A stretch of DNA of 27,083 nt, taken from positions 1-27,083 of the forward strand of contig CAZBPC010000042.1 in assembly GCA_964493715.1 (NCBI GenBank), given 5' to 3'. Below are positions 25,666 through 27,083 of this stretch, in pieces. The first letter of the stretch is position 1, and every line of letters begins with the position of its first letter. Made by a program: the position numbers and the translations under genes. Under the pieces are notes generated by a model. It was not told where the DNA came from. It did not search any database and saw only the letters and a program-made list of their open reading frames with translations. Source of the stretch: an uncultured archaeon (lineage in GTDB: Archaea > Asgardarchaeota > Lokiarchaeia > Sigyniarchaeales > SOKP01).

Positions 25666-26745
25666 TTAGAACCCCACGTTAAAAAGAATAAATACAAGTA
25701 AAATAGTCAGAGCGTCATATAAACCATGTGTTATTATTACGGCAATTAAGTTTTCTTTTCTCCAGTGATAGAGAATGCCAAGTAACAATGATATCGCAAT
25801 ATAAGGAACGAAGGAGATAAAAAATGCAACGACAAATGTTATTGAAAATATGGGGTAAACCAAGAAAAGTGATATTAAATGGATAAAGGTAAAGATTACT
25901 GCCGTAATAAATATTCCCCATTTTACACCTAAACGCCTAACTAATCCTTTTTGCATGAAACCTCTAAATAAAATTTCTTCAGTTGTGCCAACTATCAATA
26001 CCATGGTAATCATTAATAATACTAAACTAAGTAAATCAGAACTGAGAAAATAAACATCAATTCCAGAACCCGCACTTGAAATGTTTCTAACAATATCTAC
26101 GCCATAAATCAATTCAAGAAGAATTTCCATAAAAGCTGAAACTACAAAAACTAAAAGAATTCCAAAAATTGAAAATAATATCCCAATTATAATTTCTTTC
26201 CAAATTGTCACCCCTTTAGTTGTAAAACCTAATAACGCCAACCTATTTTTTGTTGATGGATTTCTCAAATACTTTTTGACGATTATGAATGGAAGCAAAA
26301 TCAAAATCAACTCTGAGAATGAAGTTATAATTAGAAAGTATGGGTTCGTTGAGATATTCATAAATTCTTCTATTGATGAAAATAATAGATAAAAAATCAT
26401 TATTATTACAGCAATGAAAGTCATTATGAAAAAACTGGCAATGGGTATGCCTATAGAAGTAAAAATAGTCCAAAGTTTTCTATTTTTAGTGTTTAAAATA
26501 TCCTCATCTGATATTTTATCAATTTCATGCACCCGCATCTGATCTGGGTATAGGTATGGTTTTTCTTGAAGTTTTTTATCTAAAAAATTTGGTGGTAATT
26601 TTTTATTTTCTTTTAAAAATACTAGATCTAAGCCACAAGATGTACAAAACCTCAATTCCTTTAAAACTGGAAGTTTGTATCCACAAAAAGGGCAAAAAAC
26701 CCATTCTAATTTGATATTCTTTGGATCACTATTTTCATCGTTCAT
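25666..26745 (-). CDS. CPBP (CAAX protease type II/Rce1-like) intramembrane glutamic protease with N-terminal zinc ribbon
   Basis: EEILFRG, F...H and HGLYD motifs; CPFC...CTSC at the N-terminus; multiple TM helices. Confidence 0.9.
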   Translation of the reverse strand: MNDENSDPKNIKLEWVFCPFCGYKLPVLKELRFCTSCGLDLVFLKENKKLPPNFLDKKLQEKPYLYPDQMRVHEIDKISDEDILNTKNRKLWTIFTSIGIPIASFFIMTFIAVIIMIFYLLFSSIEEFMNISTNPYFLIITSFSELILILLPFIIVKKYLRNPSTKNRLALLGFTTKGVTIWKEIIIGILFSIFGILLVFVVSAFMEILLELIYGVDIVRNISSAGSGIDVYFLSSDLLSLVLLMITMVLIVGTTEEILFRGFMQKGLVRRLGVKWGIFITAVIFTFIHLISLFLVYPIFSITFVVAFFISFVPYIAISLLLGILYHWRKENLIAVIITHGLYDALTILLVFILFNVGF

Positions 26746-26822
26746 TGATAATCTTATTGAAAAAATATATTTTTATTATGCTTGTAAAGATAACGAGATT
26801 TTTAGTATTTTCGCATAACAAG

Positions 26823-27083
26823 TCAATGTGTAAAATAACAATATAGGGACTTTTTGTCTTTCCTAATTGGGTTTACAAATCCATATCGTTCGAATTGGAT
26901 GGTTTTATCTAACTCAATATCTTTCAAGTTAATTTCTCCAACCCCTTTCGATATGGATCCATCAGGTTTTAAGATATTAATTTCTATATTTTCATCAATT
27001 GAAACCCATTGAATAATCGAATATTCCCTGTTTAATTTCGCACTATGATATATAGCAATTATTTTTTCATCAGTTTTGTCTAT
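26823..27083 (-). CDS. gltX: Glutamyl-tRNA synthetase, C-terminal part (5'-partial; absent from the ORF track)
   Basis: Manual translation gives ...IIQWVS...KPDG....G.GE......IQFERYGFV...YCYFTH*, the archaeal GluRS C-terminal signature. Confidence 0.88.
   Translation of the reverse strand: MDKTDEKIIAIYHSAKLNREYSIIQWVSIDENIEINILKPDGSISKGVGEINLKDIELDKTIQFERYGFVNPIRKDKKSLYCYFTH

Noticed and set aside
4287-26473. Other nested short ORFs (4287, 8597, 9552, 10516, 15636, 16915, 19448, 21284, 21489, 25715, 26243)
   Set aside because: All lie within stronger genes and show no recognisable protein features.

Overview
AT-rich archaeal chromosomal segment. The gene set (archaeal histone, rps8e, SRP19, proteasome beta subunit, Hef-type helicase, archaeal GluRS C-terminus, BHB-intron tRNA) and protein style suggest an Asgard archaeon, probably Lokiarchaeia/Promethearchaeota; this is an inference from recalled family patterns, not a search. 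About 26 CDS are present, including partial genes at both edges, plus a tRNA-Pro(GGG) with a non-canonical intron. I found no mobile element or CRISPR array. Most notable: (1) a 1471-aa membrane-anchored protein with prenyltransferase-type repeats, several PCI-like winged helices and long coiled coils; (2) a protein resembling an adaptin/coatomer appendage (beta-sandwich plus platform) with a zinc ribbon, next to a JAMM protease and proteasome beta gene; (3) a sulfite-oxidase-family Mo enzyme fused to a 4-His cytochrome b561-like domain; (4) a nuclease-less Hef/FANCM helicase with a terminal winged helix; (5) a GPH/MFS transporter interrupted by one in-frame TAG. All domain calls are by-eye motif recognition and need profile or structure searches.
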